32,000 nucleotides of DNA from Mycolicibacterium smegmatis. GTDB taxonomy: Bacteria > Actinomycetota > Actinomycetes > Mycobacteriales > Mycobacteriaceae. The notes below the pieces were generated by a model. That model ran no database searches and was not told where the DNA came from. It worked only from the letters and a program-made list of their open reading frames with translations. This document shows, one piece after another, positions 31,590-32,000 of this stretch. The first letter of the stretch is position 1; the number at the start of each line of letters is the position of its first letter. The DNA lies in assembly GCF_001457595.1 (NCBI RefSeq), contig NZ_LN831039.1, forward strand, positions 630,001 to 662,000, given 5' to 3'. A program made the position numbers and the translations under genes.

Positions 31590-32000
31590 CTACGGATCGC
31601 GCGGGAGCCCGAGCAGGCGCTCGGCGATGATGTTCAACTGCACCTCGGTGGTGCCGCCGTAGATCGTGGTGGCGCGGCTGGCCAGCAGATACTCGGCCCA
31701 GCGGCCCGGTTCCTCCTGAGGGTCGCCGATCGCGGCGTCGGTGCCGAACGTCGACACCGCGAACTCCGCGTAGCCCTGGCCGGTCTTCATCGACAGCAGC
31801 TTCGAGATCGCCGCGTTGGGCATGGCGTCGCCGCCGGCCAGCGTCAGCAGCGTGGAACGCAGGTTGAGCACCTTTGCGGCGTGCCCCTCGGCGATCAGCT
31901 GCCCGGCGTGGTTCTGCTCGATCTGGTCGAACTGGCCGTCGCGCAGGAACTGCACGAACTGGTCGAGGTTGGCCAGGAAGGGCGGTTCGCTGCTACCGAT
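31590..32000 (-). CDS. Acyl-CoA dehydrogenase, C-terminal part (the 5' end lies beyond the window)
   Basis: The frame is open from 31590 to the window edge. The C-terminal ACAD domain motif is TIYGGTTEVQLNIIAERLLGLPRDP. Confidence 0.8.
   Translation of the reverse strand: MGSSEPPFLANLDQFVQFLRDGQFDQIEQNHAGQLIAEGHAAKVLNLRSTLLTLAGGDAMPNAAISKLLSMKTGQGYAEFAVSTFGTDAAIGDPQEEPGRWAEYLLASRATTIYGGTTEVQLNIIAERLLGLPRDP

Noticed and set aside
1-32000. A window-wide look for CRISPR repeats, IS or transposase genes, integrases, tRNA-linked islands, toxin-antitoxin pairs and known defence-system genes.
   Set aside because: None was seen. There are no regularly spaced repeats, no terminal inverted repeats flanking ORFs, and no DDE, tyrosine or serine recombinase motifs. 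Composition is uniformly high-GC apart from short intergenic promoter regions.

Overview
This is a high-GC actinobacterial chromosome segment of Mycobacterium/Mycolicibacterium type. Gene content and order fit my recollection of the M. smegmatis region that carries a stand-alone LigD-like polymerase, but I cannot verify that here. The window is densely coding, with about 31 protein genes. I saw no rRNA, tRNA, CRISPR array, transposase, integrase or phage genes. Left to right it contains:
- two convergent SigH-like ECF sigma paralogues whose 3' coding ends overlap;
- an MmpS5/L5-like mmpS-mmpL pair followed co-directionally by an MFS pump, an acyl-CoA dehydrogenase and a TesB-like thioesterase;
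- a PucR-type regulator divergent from gabT-gabD;
- a small tail-anchored membrane ORF;
- an orphan family III CoA-transferase;
- an orphan STAS-domain protein;
- a complete actinobacterial L-rhamnose operon (rhaM, MFS permease, rhaI, bifunctional rhaEW, rhaB, LacI-type regulator) that converges on lutCBA and its divergent GntR/FadR regulator;
- a lipoprotein;
- a stand-alone LigD-POL-type primase-polymerase with an extra C-terminal module;
- a fadD-type ligase and an SDR;
- a gene pair for a secreted 4-Cys mini-protein and a 3-TM membrane protein;
- the 3' part of another acyl-CoA dehydrogenase.
Most of this is ordinary metabolism, and I found no defence island or mobile element. The items I consider most worth a second look are:
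- the anti-sigma-less, mutually antisense sigma pair next to the mmpS/L string;
- the stand-alone primase-polymerase with an uncharacterised C-terminal domain;
- the rhamnose-to-lactate-to-pyruvate gene arrangement with clean palindromic operators;
- a 63-bp imperfect palindrome;
- the small secreted Cys-peptide/membrane-protein pair.
All functional calls rest on motif recognition by eye. No database search was run.
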